From positions 7,203 to 71,202 of the forward strand of contig CALRFU010000001.1 of assembly GCA_943356775.1 (NCBI GenBank): DNA of 64,000 nt, read 5' to 3'. The stretch is from Candidatus Nomurabacteria bacterium. Lineage in GTDB: Bacteria; Patescibacteriota; Minisyncoccia; Phycocordibacterales; UBA2100. Below are positions 52,854-62,712 of the stretch, in pieces (positions within the stretch are counted from its first letter, which is position 1; each line of letters opens with the position of its first letter). Under the pieces are notes generated by a model. That model saw only the letters and a program-made list of their open reading frames with translations. It was not told the origin of the DNA and ran no database searches. Position numbers and translations under genes: made by a program.

Positions 52854-52861
52854 AGAAAGTA

Positions 52862-53839
52862 TTACTTGTCGTTGCGGAGTGTGAGACCCATGTTGGAAAG
52901 AGCGCGCTTGATATCCTGCAATCCTTTCTGGCCGAGACCTTCGATGGCGAGGAGGTCGTCTTCGCGTTTACGGACGAGTCCGCCGACGGTGCGGATGGAT
53001 GCGTTATCAAGAGCCATTTCCACACGTTGCGGCATGCTAAGCTCGGTGATACGTGTCTTCAATACTTCGGAATCAAGAGCTCCGCTCTTGTCTTCGCGCA
53101 TACCTCCAACACCTTCCGGTATGCCCATCAAAGCCTCAGGGACTTCATCTTCCTTGAATCCGACAACAGCCTTGAGCTGATGAATCATGGTCTCGATGGA
53201 GCGCTCCAAAGCTTCACGGGGTGCGAGTGTACCGTCGGTCTCGATAACGATTCGAAGACGGTTGAAATCAGTACGGTCTCCGACGCGCATGTTTTCGACT
53301 TCGTAGTTGACTCGGCGTATCGGAGAAAATATCGCATCGAGTGCGATGGTGCCGATTTCTACGCGCTCCTTCTGGTGCATTTCTTTTGCAATGTAGCCGA
53401 GTCCACGTTCTGCACGCAATTCAATCTCGAGGTTTATTTTTCCGGAGACGTCCGCGATGTGCTGTTCTGGATTTAATATTTCGACTTGCCCGGGAAGCGT
53501 GAGGTCTGCCGCGGTGACTTCTTTTGGACCTTTCACAGAGAGTGTGATGGTCTGCGGTTCGTCGGTGAGAAGCTTCAGGCGGATTTTGCGGACATTGAGG
53601 AGAATCGTGACCACGTCTTCCTTGACACCCTCGATGGTAGAAAACTCGTGGGCGACTCCCGGAAGTTTGACGTGCGTAACAGCGGCTCCGGGAAGAGACG
53701 AGAGGATTATCCGGCGCAATGAGTTGCCCAAAGTGTAGCCGTATCCCGGGTACAGCCCATCAACTTCGTAGGTACCACTTCTCTCAGACTCGGAGACGAC
53801 GCGTGGCTTGCTGGGGAGTGCGATGTGGTAGTCGGACAT
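52862..53839 (-). CDS. rpoA: RNA polymerase subunit alpha
   Basis: GYGYTLGNSLRRIILSS, HEFSTIEGVKED. Confidence 0.98.
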   Translation of the reverse strand: MSDYHIALPSKPRVVSESERSGTYEVDGLYPGYGYTLGNSLRRIILSSLPGAAVTHVKLPGVAHEFSTIEGVKEDVVTILLNVRKIRLKLLTDEPQTITLSVKGPKEVTAADLTLPGQVEILNPEQHIADVSGKINLEIELRAERGLGYIAKEMHQKERVEIGTIALDAIFSPIRRVNYEVENMRVGDRTDFNRLRIVIETDGTLAPREALERSIETMIHQLKAVVGFKEDEVPEALMGIPEGVGGMREDKSGALDSEVLKTRITELSMPQRVEMALDNASIRTVGGLVRKREDDLLAIEGLGQKGLQDIKRALSNMGLTLRNDK

Positions 53840-53929
53840 ATAAATAGCTTGAATCTTTAGCTCTGTTAAGTAGGTTGGCGTCTAATAATTAAAATACCGG
53901 TGAACGTAAAAGTGGACAACAGTATACCA

Positions 53930-54550
53930 TTATCTGCTGTAGAACTCAAACACTGTCGGGTAATCGAGTCCAGTCTCAACCGTGTTGTAGGATGGCTCCC
54001 CTACGACCGCCGCCTGAAGAAGGCTGAGATCAACAGTGAGCCACGAAGGAATGGAGCGGGTGTTTTCCGCTTTGTTCTCGAGAAGACCGGCAAATAGTGG
54101 GCTCTGACGGCTTCCTTCGCGGATGCCGATGACATCTCCTTTGCGGACACGGTATGAGGGGACGGTCGTGCGCTTGCCGTTTATGGTGATATGGCCGTGG
54201 GAGACCGCCTGGCGTGCTGCGCGACGAGTCGGCAAAAGGCCTGCGCGATATGCGGCGCTGTCTGCGCGCATTTCGAGGGACTTGTGAAGGGCTCCTGAAG
54301 GATCGGCTTCTTCGTATGCGAGCTCGGCATAGTTCGACAGCTGCCTCTCCGAGATACCGTAGGTGAAGCGGACGCGCTGCTTCTCCAGGAGCTGACGGCC
54401 GTAATCGCTGCCTCCGCGGCCTCCGCGTGAATTCTTTTTGTTGGCGGATGAGCGTGCCTCGGAAAGCGCAAATTTCTGAGATTGCGTCTTTTCAAAGATG
54501 GCAGCACCAAGTCTCTTTGCGATTTTAAATTTTGATTTAATCAATAGCAT
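53930..54550 (-). CDS. rpsD: 30S ribosomal protein S4
   Basis: SDYGRQLLEKQ, ARQAVSHGH, EFYSR. Confidence 0.97.
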   Translation of the reverse strand: MLLIKSKFKIAKRLGAAIFEKTQSQKFALSEARSSANKKNSRGGRGGSDYGRQLLEKQRVRFTYGISERQLSNYAELAYEEADPSGALHKSLEMRADSAAYRAGLLPTRRAARQAVSHGHITINGKRTTVPSYRVRKGDVIGIREGSRQSPLFAGLLENKAENTRSIPSWLTVDLSLLQAAVVGEPSYNTVETGLDYPTVFEFYSR

Positions 54551-54563
54551 ATTTTATATATGT

Positions 54564-54998
54564 TTATACGCGACGAGGCTTCGGTGGTCGCGGACCATTA
54601 TGTGGGACCGGAGTATCGTCGGCGATGCGGGTGACGTCTATCCCCTTGCCTGCGAATCCGCGAAGTGCTGATTCACGACCGGCACCTACTCCACGGATGA
54701 CAACATCAACCTCTTTGACACCGATGATGATTGCTTTGTCGCCCACGAGCTCGCCTACCTTTGCCGCTGCAAAAGGAGTCCCTTTCTTAGCGCCCGCAAA
54801 GCCAAGCGCTCCCGATGAGGACCATGCTACTGTGTTTCCGTTCTTGTCGGTAAGAAGGACCTTGGTGTTGTTGTAAGTCGCATGTATATGAAGAGTACCC
54901 GCGAGGATATTCTTCTTGGCAATACGTGCGAGTGAACGGGACTTGAGGCCCTGGTCTACGCTGCCGCCACTTTTTCTTATGATTCTCTTTTTTCCCAT
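54564..54998 (-). CDS. rpsK: 30S ribosomal protein S11
   Basis: TYNNT, KKGTPFAA, PHNGPRPPKPRRV. Confidence 0.98.
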   Translation of the reverse strand: MGKKRIIRKSGGSVDQGLKSRSLARIAKKNILAGTLHIHATYNNTKVLLTDKNGNTVAWSSSGALGFAGAKKGTPFAAAKVGELVGDKAIIIGVKEVDVVIRGVGAGRESALRGFAGKGIDVTRIADDTPVPHNGPRPPKPRRV

Positions 54999-55023
54999 AC
55001 TTTTACAAAAATAAATTTTTTGA

Positions 55024-55404
55024 TTATGTTTTCTCCAACTTGCGACGGCCCGAAGTCATCGTCTTCCTAACGTTGCCACGAACAGTGCGTGAATTGGTTT
55101 TAGAACGTTGACCCCGGACCGGGAGGTGTTTGGCATGGCGGCTTCCCCGGTAGGATTTGATGTCTTTCAAACGGCGTATGTTGGCGCTGGTGTCGCGACG
55201 GAGCTCTCCTTCCACGACGAATTTCTCAATCGCTTCGCGGAGTAGCGCTTCTTCCTTGTCGGAGACATCCTTCGGCTTCTTACCTGCGTCGATATTTAAA
55301 GCAGCAAGTGTGCTGAGGGCGCGCGGCCGGCCGACGCCATAAATAGCGGTCAGCCCTATTTCAAGGCGCTTCTCTTCGGGTATGGTGATTCCAGCTATAC
55401 GCAT
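55024..55404 (-). CDS. rpsM: 30S ribosomal protein S13
   Basis: MRIAG, IYGVG, YRGSRH..LPVRGQR. Confidence 0.98.
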   Translation of the reverse strand: MRIAGITIPEEKRLEIGLTAIYGVGRPRALSTLAALNIDAGKKPKDVSDKEEALLREAIEKFVVEGELRRDTSANIRRLKDIKSYRGSRHAKHLPVRGQRSKTNSRTVRGNVRKTMTSGRRKLEKT

Positions 55405-55409
55405 ATAAA

Positions 55410-55523
55410 TTAACCTTGTCTTTGTTTATGTCTTGGATTCTTGCAGATAACCCACAACCGGCCACGACGCTTAACGGAGCGGCAGTGCGTGCAGATTTTT
55501 TTGACTGAAGACTTTACTTTCAT
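55410..55523 (-). CDS. rpmJ: 50S ribosomal protein L36 (not in the ORF track)
   Basis: Manual translation [37 protein letters not shown]. Confidence 0.96.
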   Translation of the reverse strand: MKVKSSVKKICTHCRSVKRRGRLWVICKNPRHKQRQG

Positions 55524-55598
55524 GTATATAAGTTTCGAAAACGTGAGGGAGAATCCCGTCTCCGGACTCCGGAGTGCGCGACTCTACATTAATTGGCC

Positions 55599-55805
55599 TC
55601 AGGTGCGTCTGACGATGCGCGCTCGTCCTCCGTAAGGGTCGAGTCGCACTTCAACTTTGTCACCGACTAACACTTTGATTCTATGCAGACGCATCTTTCC
55701 GGCGAGATATGCGAGCACCCGCTCGCCACCTTCAATCTTTACCTGAAAGAGGGTGTTCGGAAGCGCCTCATCGACGACCCCATTAACAACCTCTAGTTCA
55801 GACAT
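55599..55805 (-). CDS. infA: Translation initiation factor IF-1
   Basis: GVVDEALPN..F, LAGKMR..IKVLVGDKV. Confidence 0.97.
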   Translation of the reverse strand: MSELEVVNGVVDEALPNTLFQVKIEGGERVLAYLAGKMRLHRIKVLVGDKVEVRLDPYGGRARIVRRT

Positions 55806-55857
55806 ATCTGCGTTGGTGAGAATAGCAGTTCTAAACGAGTTAGTCAAATCCCTGCTG

Positions 55858-57327
55858 CTACTTTGCAGCAGACGGACTGGCTATCTTCACTTTAATGTCG
55901 GAAGCGTCCGTAGGGAAGTTATTTTTCCAGAAGGGCGCTATGCGCGCGTGTGCCTCAAGGATACTTGGAAACCCGTTTACAATTGCTTTGAAAGCCGAGT
56001 CATTCTTGCCTTGAAGTGCTGTTGTGAGGGCGTTTGTGTCGATGTGCCAGATGATGAGTGCTTGTCCGGAGGCTACGAGGTTTATGGTACCCGCTTCTGT
56101 CTGGTCACCCGGGGCGAGGACGTGCACTGAGAAATCGTCCATGGGCTCCATACTGACGGGCGTGTTCTCAAAATCGGTAAAAGCAACTTGTGCCAGAGCT
56201 TGTGCAAAAGCGTCTTTGGGGAAGGCGGGAATCTCCATATGAGCTTTCTCGTGTATTCTCACTGAATTACCGGCCTCGTTGGTAACGGGAAGCGATTGGT
56301 ATGTGATGACCATCAGCTCCGGAAAAACAAAAGTGTCGTCTTTGTTCTGGCCGGCAAGAGCCTCGTGGGCTTTTGTTTCAAGCCTTCCGCGAACCAGCGC
56401 GACTGCGGCTTCAAGGGCTCCGGGTGCGGTCCCCGCCTTCTCTCCAAGGAAGCCGCCGGACATTGCCCCGCTCGATTTTGCGGAAACTCCCGCATACATA
56501 GGAGGTGTCGATTTGAGGCCGGGAACCGTGAATTTTTCCGTGGGCCCGATGTTGTACTCCGCTCCCGGTTGATCGGCAACGACAGCGACGCTTACCGTCC
56601 CTGGCGCGGAGCCTTTTTTGCCAGGCACCACGACGTCGGAGAGCACGCGGAATATCAGGCCGTCGGGCGACTCAAAACGGGTGTTCTTTACGAGTTTTAC
56701 CGCGGAAGCGGAGTAGGCATTGGAAACGGTGACGCTTCCCGAAGCTTTTGTCTCTACGTGAGCTGTCCCCTTGGCTTCAACTACTTCAGAGTCCTCAAGG
56801 TCAAAGGTTTGGAGGGTGTATGAAAGGCTTCCTTCGAGGGCACTTGCTCCCTCTCGTGCGGTGAGGGCGGCGGAAGTGAGGACGGCTGTACGGGACTTAG
56901 GTGTGAGGGTAATGGTCGTTGAGCCGAAGAAGAAGAGCAATGCGGCGGCAATAGAGAAGAGGAAGACCGAGGCCGCTGCCCATATCCAAAGCCGCGAAGA
57001 GGGAGGCGGGGATCGTCGAAGCATCCCGCTCGTTATCGGCGGAGACTCTCGGATATCCATATCCATACGATTCGGTGCCCCTCCTACGCGCACAGGAGGA
57101 CGTGACCGGGCCGGTGCCGATATACTGCGAATACCGCGTATCGTATCCATTTCGTTCGGTGCGTCTGTAGAGACGCTTCCGGCTCGTATCGGGATGTCAC
57201 GTGCATCCGACTGAGAGGGGGTCGTGTCGATGTGCTCATCGGGCTCCAACGGAAGCGGCTTGAACTGCCGGGGAGGATTTGTATCGGGGGTGGGCGGAGT
57301 AATATCTTGAAAATAATCTTTTGCCAT
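55858..57327 (-). CDS. Single-pass membrane protein with baseplate-J-like beta domain
   Basis: Disordered N-terminus, TM helix, KASGSVTVSN..TRF..VVPG..ADQPGAEYNI. Confidence 0.6.
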   Translation of the reverse strand: MAKDYFQDITPPTPDTNPPRQFKPLPLEPDEHIDTTPSQSDARDIPIRAGSVSTDAPNEMDTIRGIRSISAPARSRPPVRVGGAPNRMDMDIRESPPITSGMLRRSPPPSSRLWIWAAASVFLFSIAAALLFFFGSTTITLTPKSRTAVLTSAALTAREGASALEGSLSYTLQTFDLEDSEVVEAKGTAHVETKASGSVTVSNAYSASAVKLVKNTRFESPDGLIFRVLSDVVVPGKKGSAPGTVSVAVVADQPGAEYNIGPTEKFTVPGLKSTPPMYAGVSAKSSGAMSGGFLGEKAGTAPGALEAAVALVRGRLETKAHEALAGQNKDDTFVFPELMVITYQSLPVTNEAGNSVRIHEKAHMEIPAFPKDAFAQALAQVAFTDFENTPVSMEPMDDFSVHVLAPGDQTEAGTINLVASGQALIIWHIDTNALTTALQGKNDSAFKAIVNGFPSILEAHARIAPFWKNNFPTDASDIKVKIASPSAAK

Positions 57328-57407
57328 ATGTAATTTTATGAAATTATTGCGCGTACTGTCCATTAAAACGCGACCTAAGCGCGACTCTAGTATTCTACAT
57401 CACTGAA

Positions 57408-58568
57408 TCACGCCCGCCTTTCTTCGATGTTAACAAGTGCCGCAGCTATCAAGATACCCGTGTCCGTGTGAGTGTCTGTCTCGGGAAGCGCGAGATGTGC
57501 CAAGTCGACGGGCTTCAGCGGCGTTACCACGAATGGTTGGGTGCTGGTGGTGAACTGCGCGAAATCAATGCGTGAGAAGAATGAAGAGAGCCATGGGACG
57601 AGGTCTGCGTGAGTCGCAAGAATCAGTTGATTCGGCAGACGCTGTTGTCCGACGAGTTTTGTTATCGCTTCTCCGAAAGCGCGTACTAATTCGGGCTCGG
57701 CTCTCGCCATTGCGACATTCACCGCTTCACATGCGGGGTCTTGACACTCGCCGCGCGCGATGAGACGCAGCAAGGTCAAAGTCTCCTCGGTCATTCCGTT
57801 GCCGCTAATTCTTCTCAAAATAGAATTCTTGCCTTCGGAGATAGTCGCATGGTCCGTCGTAATGCCGTCGCGTATGACGACGAAATTAGTTCCTTCGCTT
57901 GCCATATCCACGACGAGGAAATTCTTATTGGATGCATCGGCTTTGCTGCGAAGGATGGAGAGTATGGCGTGGACTCCTGAGCGGATAATAACCTTTTGGC
58001 CTCCGAAGAGTTGTTGGAAAGCGCCCGTGAGGTTTGCTTTGAATGCCGGGTCACAACTACTGATGAGTGCCGCTACCGAGAGACGATGTCCGGATGCGCC
58101 TTCCGGCTCGCTCGTCGCGTAGCCATTGATCTTGATTCGTACGACCCCCGCTTCAAGAATGTGTGCCCTTTCGAATTCCGTGTCGCTTGCAAGCGCCTGC
58201 TGGGCGAGGCCGCCTATCATTTTGTCCGTAATTTCGGTGGTTTCCGGGAAAGAAGTCTGCGCCTCCACGGTCTTGGAGCGTGTCCAAGGCGCGCGGACGA
58301 TTGCGTACACGGATTTGGGTGCCGGGCCCCCACTCTTTTGATAAGCGGCGAGCACCCGTTGCCCCACTTCGACAAGGTGCATGCCGAGTGCGGCAGTAAT
58401 AGCTTCAGGTGTCCTCACTTCAAGCGGCAAAAAACGGCGTTCTGCACACAGCACGCGCACCGGGCCTTTTGCGGGCACCGAAACAATCGCAACAGCCGCG
58501 CTCCCGCTTCCAATATCCGCGACGGCGATTATTTTCTCGCGCGCTCGCCCGAGATGCATTCCAAACAT
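57408..58568 (-). CDS. Divergent FtsA/actin-like fold protein
   Basis: VADIGSGSA phosphate-1-like motif, LVVDMASEGT phosphate-2-like motif. Confidence 0.55.
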   Translation of the reverse strand: MFGMHLGRAREKIIAVADIGSGSAAVAIVSVPAKGPVRVLCAERRFLPLEVRTPEAITAALGMHLVEVGQRVLAAYQKSGGPAPKSVYAIVRAPWTRSKTVEAQTSFPETTEITDKMIGGLAQQALASDTEFERAHILEAGVVRIKINGYATSEPEGASGHRLSVAALISSCDPAFKANLTGAFQQLFGGQKVIIRSGVHAILSILRSKADASNKNFLVVDMASEGTNFVVIRDGITTDHATISEGKNSILRRISGNGMTEETLTLLRLIARGECQDPACEAVNVAMARAEPELVRAFGEAITKLVGQQRLPNQLILATHADLVPWLSSFFSRIDFAQFTTSTQPFVVTPLKPVDLAHLALPETDTHTDTGILIAAALVNIEERRA

Positions 58569-58629
58569 TGCGTAAGTATATCGCGCGATACGAGCGACGT
58601 ACGTGACAACTTCAGATATCTGTGAGTAA

Positions 58630-60570
58630 TCAGACGAGTACCGCTTTGATACGGCGGATACCCGCAGCGACCGCTTCTTCTTTTTGAATCTTGAAAGGTC
58701 CAATGTTCGACTTCGTAAGTCGAACATCTAGCTCGGAGGTGTTTGAGACGTGCGGTCCGCCGCAGAATTCTATCGAAAAGGCTTTATCGAATTGCGGGTT
58801 TTCCACCGATGCGTCCTTGGGTCCGAGTGAATACACGGAGACCATATCGGGATACTTCGCGCCGAATTCGTGTTCTGCGCCGAGCTTTTCCGCTTCTTCT
58901 TTCGGAAGCGTGGAGCGGGTCATCGGCAATTCTTCTGCAATCTTTTCATTCACAATGCGCTCGACTTCTTTTTTCTGTTCGTCAGTCATCTTTGCGCCGT
59001 ACGAGAAGTCGATACGAAGACGCTCTTGCGTGATGTTACTTCCGCGTTGCTTCACGGTCGGGCCGAGTACAAGCTGCAACGCTTTCAAGAGTACATGGTG
59101 TGCGGTATGTAGGCGCGTCGTCTTTTCCGAGGTGTCGGCAAGGCCTCCCTTGAACTTTTGTTCACTTCCCGCACGTGAGAGAGCGCGATGTTTGAGCATT
59201 TCTTTTTTAAACCCTTCGGTATCCACGTCGAGCCCGCGTTCTGCGGCCAGCTCAAGCGTCATCTCAAATGGAAAGCCGTGAGTCGTGAAGAGTGTGTAGG
59301 CTTCCTGCGCTTCGATGTGGCCTGTCGCAGCAATCTTTTCAAACTCCTTCATTCCCGCCTCAAGGGTATGTGCGAATTGCATCTCTTCCCTCCAAATCTC
59401 GTCGGTAATCTGCTGGTACACATCCTCGCTCTGTAATTCTGTGTACGCCTGCTTGTATTTTTCGATAAATATCGAGGCGCACTTCACGAGCATGCTGTCC
59501 TTACCTTGCCCGTGCTCAACACCGAGCTTCTGCGCATGCTGCGCTGCGCGGCGGATGAGTCTGCGAAGGACGTACCCGCGTTCGGTGTTGCTCGGGCGCA
59601 CCCCGGCTTCGAGCATAAATGTCGCCGCACGCATGTGGTCGGCGACAATGCGGAAACTTCGCTTGTAGCGACTGTCTTCGTACTCTTTGCCCGAAAAGTG
59701 GATTAAAAGCCCGATAGTGTCTGCAAAAACGTCGATGGCAAACACATCAGGATTCCCTTGGGCTGCTGCAGCAATGCGTTCGAGTCCTCCACCGAAATCC
59801 ACGTTTTGTTTGGGGAGAAGTCCAAACGTGTCATCTTCCTTCTTGATGTATTGCATGAAAACCGAATTACCTATTTCCAAAAACCGTCCGCAATCGCAGT
59901 TCGGGTGGCACTCCTTTCCCCACTTTGGATCATGAAGTGTTGCGAAATCGTAAAATACTTCTGAATCTGGTCCTCCTATTTCGCCAACAGGCATGTTCTC
60001 GGGCACTCCTGCGCGGCTCCACCAATTCTTCCGAGCTTCGTAATAGAAAATGCGTCCCCCTTGCATACCAAGTCGGTATCCGTCTGCCTCCGAACCGATG
60101 GCAACCACCTTGGCATCAATACCTTTCTCGGCAAAAAGCTTGGTCCAGATGGCGGCGGATTCAACATCTTGCGGCACGTTATTTTTCTCATCACCAATAA
60201 AAGCAGTCACATACAAATTCTTTGGATCAAGACCGATCTCTTCGGTCAAGAACTTAAAGAAGAACGGAAGCTGCTCTTGTTTGAAATAATCACCGAGTGA
60301 CCAATTGCCGAGCATTTCGAAAAATGTGGTGTGGCGGTTGTCGCCCACCTCTTCGATGTCCTCTGCACGAAAACTCTTCTGGCTGTTGACCAAACGATTG
60401 CCTTGGGGATGCGGTTCGCCGAGGAGATACGGTACAAGGGGCTGCATGCCGCTTCCGGTGAACAAAGTCGTGGGGTCGTTTTGCGGGACTATCGGTGCGG
60501 ACGGAATTATCGTGTGGCCGTTCGCTTTGAAAAATTCGAGATATTTTGTCCGTATTTCGTTAATCGTCAT
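58630..60570 (-). CDS. alaS: Alanine--tRNA ligase (short, no C-Ala domain)
   Basis: LFTGSGMQP, HTTFFEMLGNWS, HTAHH, EFCGGPHV, GIRRIKA. Confidence 0.97.
   Translation of the reverse strand: MTINEIRTKYLEFFKANGHTIIPSAPIVPQNDPTTLFTGSGMQPLVPYLLGEPHPQGNRLVNSQKSFRAEDIEEVGDNRHTTFFEMLGNWSLGDYFKQEQLPFFFKFLTEEIGLDPKNLYVTAFIGDEKNNVPQDVESAAIWTKLFAEKGIDAKVVAIGSEADGYRLGMQGGRIFYYEARKNWWSRAGVPENMPVGEIGGPDSEVFYDFATLHDPKWGKECHPNCDCGRFLEIGNSVFMQYIKKEDDTFGLLPKQNVDFGGGLERIAAAAQGNPDVFAIDVFADTIGLLIHFSGKEYEDSRYKRSFRIVADHMRAATFMLEAGVRPSNTERGYVLRRLIRRAAQHAQKLGVEHGQGKDSMLVKCASIFIEKYKQAYTELQSEDVYQQITDEIWREEMQFAHTLEAGMKEFEKIAATGHIEAQEAYTLFTTHGFPFEMTLELAAERGLDVDTEGFKKEMLKHRALSRAGSEQKFKGGLADTSEKTTRLHTAHHVLLKALQLVLGPTVKQRGSNITQERLRIDFSYGAKMTDEQKKEVERIVNEKIAEELPMTRSTLPKEEAEKLGAEHEFGAKYPDMVSVYSLGPKDASVENPQFDKAFSIEFCGGPHVSNTSELDVRLTKSNIGPFKIQKEEAVAAGIRRIKAVLV
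58703..58727. repeat. Hairpin ATGTTCGACTT-CGT-AAGTCGAACAT in frame in alaS
   Basis: Perfect 11-bp stem; encodes DVRLTKSNI between GPHVSNTSEL and GPFKI. Confidence 0.75.
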
Positions 60571-60634
60571 TTGAGTAAAAGTAACGTGTCTGAGCCGTTT
60601 GTGCAACAGAGAGAAAGGTACTATGCTCAGAAAA

Positions 60635-61906
60635 ATGAAGTACGATATCCGCTCACTAAAAAATGGTCTCCGCGTCGTACTCGTCCCTATGCCACAGACC
60701 GCGACTGCAACCGTCGTCGTGATGACCGGCACGGGCTCCAGATATGAGAATGAAAAGGAGAATGGTCTGGCGCACTTCCTCGAGCACATGTTTTTCAAGG
60801 GTACAAAGAAGCGTGGGAGCGCACGCGCTATCAGCGAAGAGCTCGACGCGGTCGGTAGTATCTACAACGCTTTCACCGCAAAAGACCGCACTGCGTATTA
60901 TGCCAAGGTGAGCGGTCGTTACGTCGATACCGCACTTGATGTGATAAGCGACATATTTCTCAACTCCACTTTGCCCGGCAAAGAGATAACAAAAGAACGC
61001 GGCGCCATCATTCAAGAGATCGACATGTACGAGGATATGCCCATGCACACGATAGACAACGTTTTCGATGCACTTATCTTTGGGCAAGAACATCCGCTCG
61101 GTCGCACGATACTCGGGCCCAAAGAAAACATCCGCGCATTTTCACGTACGGACTTCTCCGCCTACCTTAAGCGAAATTACGTCCCCGCAAACACAGTCGT
61201 TTGTATCGCTGGTGCTTTCAATTCGTCAAAAGTGTTCGCCAAGATACAAAAAGAGTTCGGGCGAGTGAAAAAGGCGGAAGCACCGGGACTCATTCCCTTT
61301 ACCACGACTCAAGATACTCCTCGTGTCTCTATAAAAGAGAAGGCAACGGACCAGACACAGCTCATGCTTGGCGTGCCTGCCTATCCGTATTTGCATAAAG
61401 ATGAGTATACGCTCTCCGTACTTGCAACTATTCTTGGCGGTGGCATGAGCAGCAGGCTATTTATGGAAGTCCGCGAGAAGCGCGGCCTCGCGTACTCGGT
61501 ACACGCATCGGTAGACAAGTATCCCGACACGGGCTCTTTCGTTGTCCAGGCGGGCGTAGAGCATGGGAAACTCGAAAAAGCGGTGGAGACGATTCTTGCC
61601 GAATTTCGCAAAATAAAGCGTACAAAAGTCTCCAAAACAGAGCTAGAAAAAGCAAAGTCATACATGAAAGGTACAATGACGCTCGCGCTCGAAACGAGCG
61701 ATGCGGTAGCTCAGCATGCGAGCACTTCACTCATAGCCCTCGGCCGCGTACGCCCTCTTGAGGATGTCATCAAGGCGATAGACAAAGTTACTGTGGCTGA
61801 CATTCAGCGAGTGGCAAAAGACATCCTTCAGACCAACAAACTCAATCTAGCCATTATCGGCCCGCATTTGCATAAAGACAAACTGCTACATCTCCTACAT
61901 ATATAA
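60635..61906 (+). CDS. M16 (pitrilysin family) zinc peptidase
   Basis: HFLEH inverted zincin, SSRLF.EVREKRGLAY. Confidence 0.93.
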   Translation: MKYDIRSLKNGLRVVLVPMPQTATATVVVMTGTGSRYENEKENGLAHFLEHMFFKGTKKRGSARAISEELDAVGSIYNAFTAKDRTAYYAKVSGRYVDTALDVISDIFLNSTLPGKEITKERGAIIQEIDMYEDMPMHTIDNVFDALIFGQEHPLGRTILGPKENIRAFSRTDFSAYLKRNYVPANTVVCIAGAFNSSKVFAKIQKEFGRVKKAEAPGLIPFTTTQDTPRVSIKEKATDQTQLMLGVPAYPYLHKDEYTLSVLATILGGGMSSRLFMEVREKRGLAYSVHASVDKYPDTGSFVVQAGVEHGKLEKAVETILAEFRKIKRTKVSKTELEKAKSYMKGTMTLALETSDAVAQHASTSLIALGRVRPLEDVIKAIDKVTVADIQRVAKDILQTNKLNLAIIGPHLHKDKLLHLLHI

Positions 61907-61948
61907 GGGGTTACAACCAACCAATTGTTTTTTGTTGTGCTCTACACC

Positions 61949-61963
61949 GCAGGTTAAACCTAC
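61949..61963. repeat. REP-like palindrome upstream of the transposase (GCAGGTTAAACCTAC)
   Basis: AGGTT-A-AACCT; related copy at 62682-62696. Confidence 0.7.
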
Positions 61964-61990
61964 AGCTGAAAGAGCGCTATAATGCTGGGC

Positions 61991-62668
61991 ATGGCGACAC
62001 GTATTCCCTGTTCAACCGACGAGTGGTACCACTGCTACAACAGAGGAGTGGATAAGCGCAGCGTCTTTCGGCACAAACAAGACTACGAGCGCTTTCTTGC
62101 TTTACTCTACACAAGCAACGGAAGTAACACGGACGCGATATCCAATCGCTTCAACCTCGACTTGCGCTCTATCTTGACCGAAAAGGACGATCGCGGAGAT
62201 GCGCTCGTGGATATTGCTGTCTACTGCCTGATGCCAAGCCACGTACATCTTGTATTGAAGCAGTTGGTCGACGGCGGGATAGCGAAGTTCATGCAAAAAG
62301 TGTTTACCGCATACACGATGTATTTCAACTCACGGAGCGATCGTACAGGAGCGCTCTTCGCTGGTACCTACAAAGCCAAGCACATCGACGACGACAGGTA
62401 TCTCAAATGCGCAATTCCTTACGTTCTGCTCAACCCCATAGAAATATTCCAGCCAAAATGGAAGGAGGGGGTTCGAGACTTTGTCGCCGCAAAAAAACAA
62501 CTTCTCGAATACGAGTTTTCTAGTGCAGCGTCCTTCGCGGGCGGAAAGAGTATGACAACCAAAATTACAGGAACCGCAATCCGAGATTATTACGACAAGC
62601 TACCCACCCTCGATCAGATGCTAAAAGACGCTACTGAATATCATAAGGAATATCGTCCAGATTATTAG
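61991..62668 (+). mobile_element. rayT: REP-associated tyrosine (HUH/Y1) transposase, RAYT
   Basis: WYHCYNRG, YCLMPSHVHL (HUH), YVLLNP (catalytic Tyr), YEFSS; flanked by related palindromes. Confidence 0.88.
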
Positions 62669-62681
62669 CCATATTCCAGCC

Positions 62682-62696
62682 GCAGGTTTAACCTGC
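62682..62696. repeat. REP-like palindrome downstream of the transposase (GCAGGTTTAACCTGC)
   Basis: GCAGGTT-T-AACCTGC. Confidence 0.75.
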
Positions 62697-62712
62697 TGGC
62701 TTACTGCGGGAT

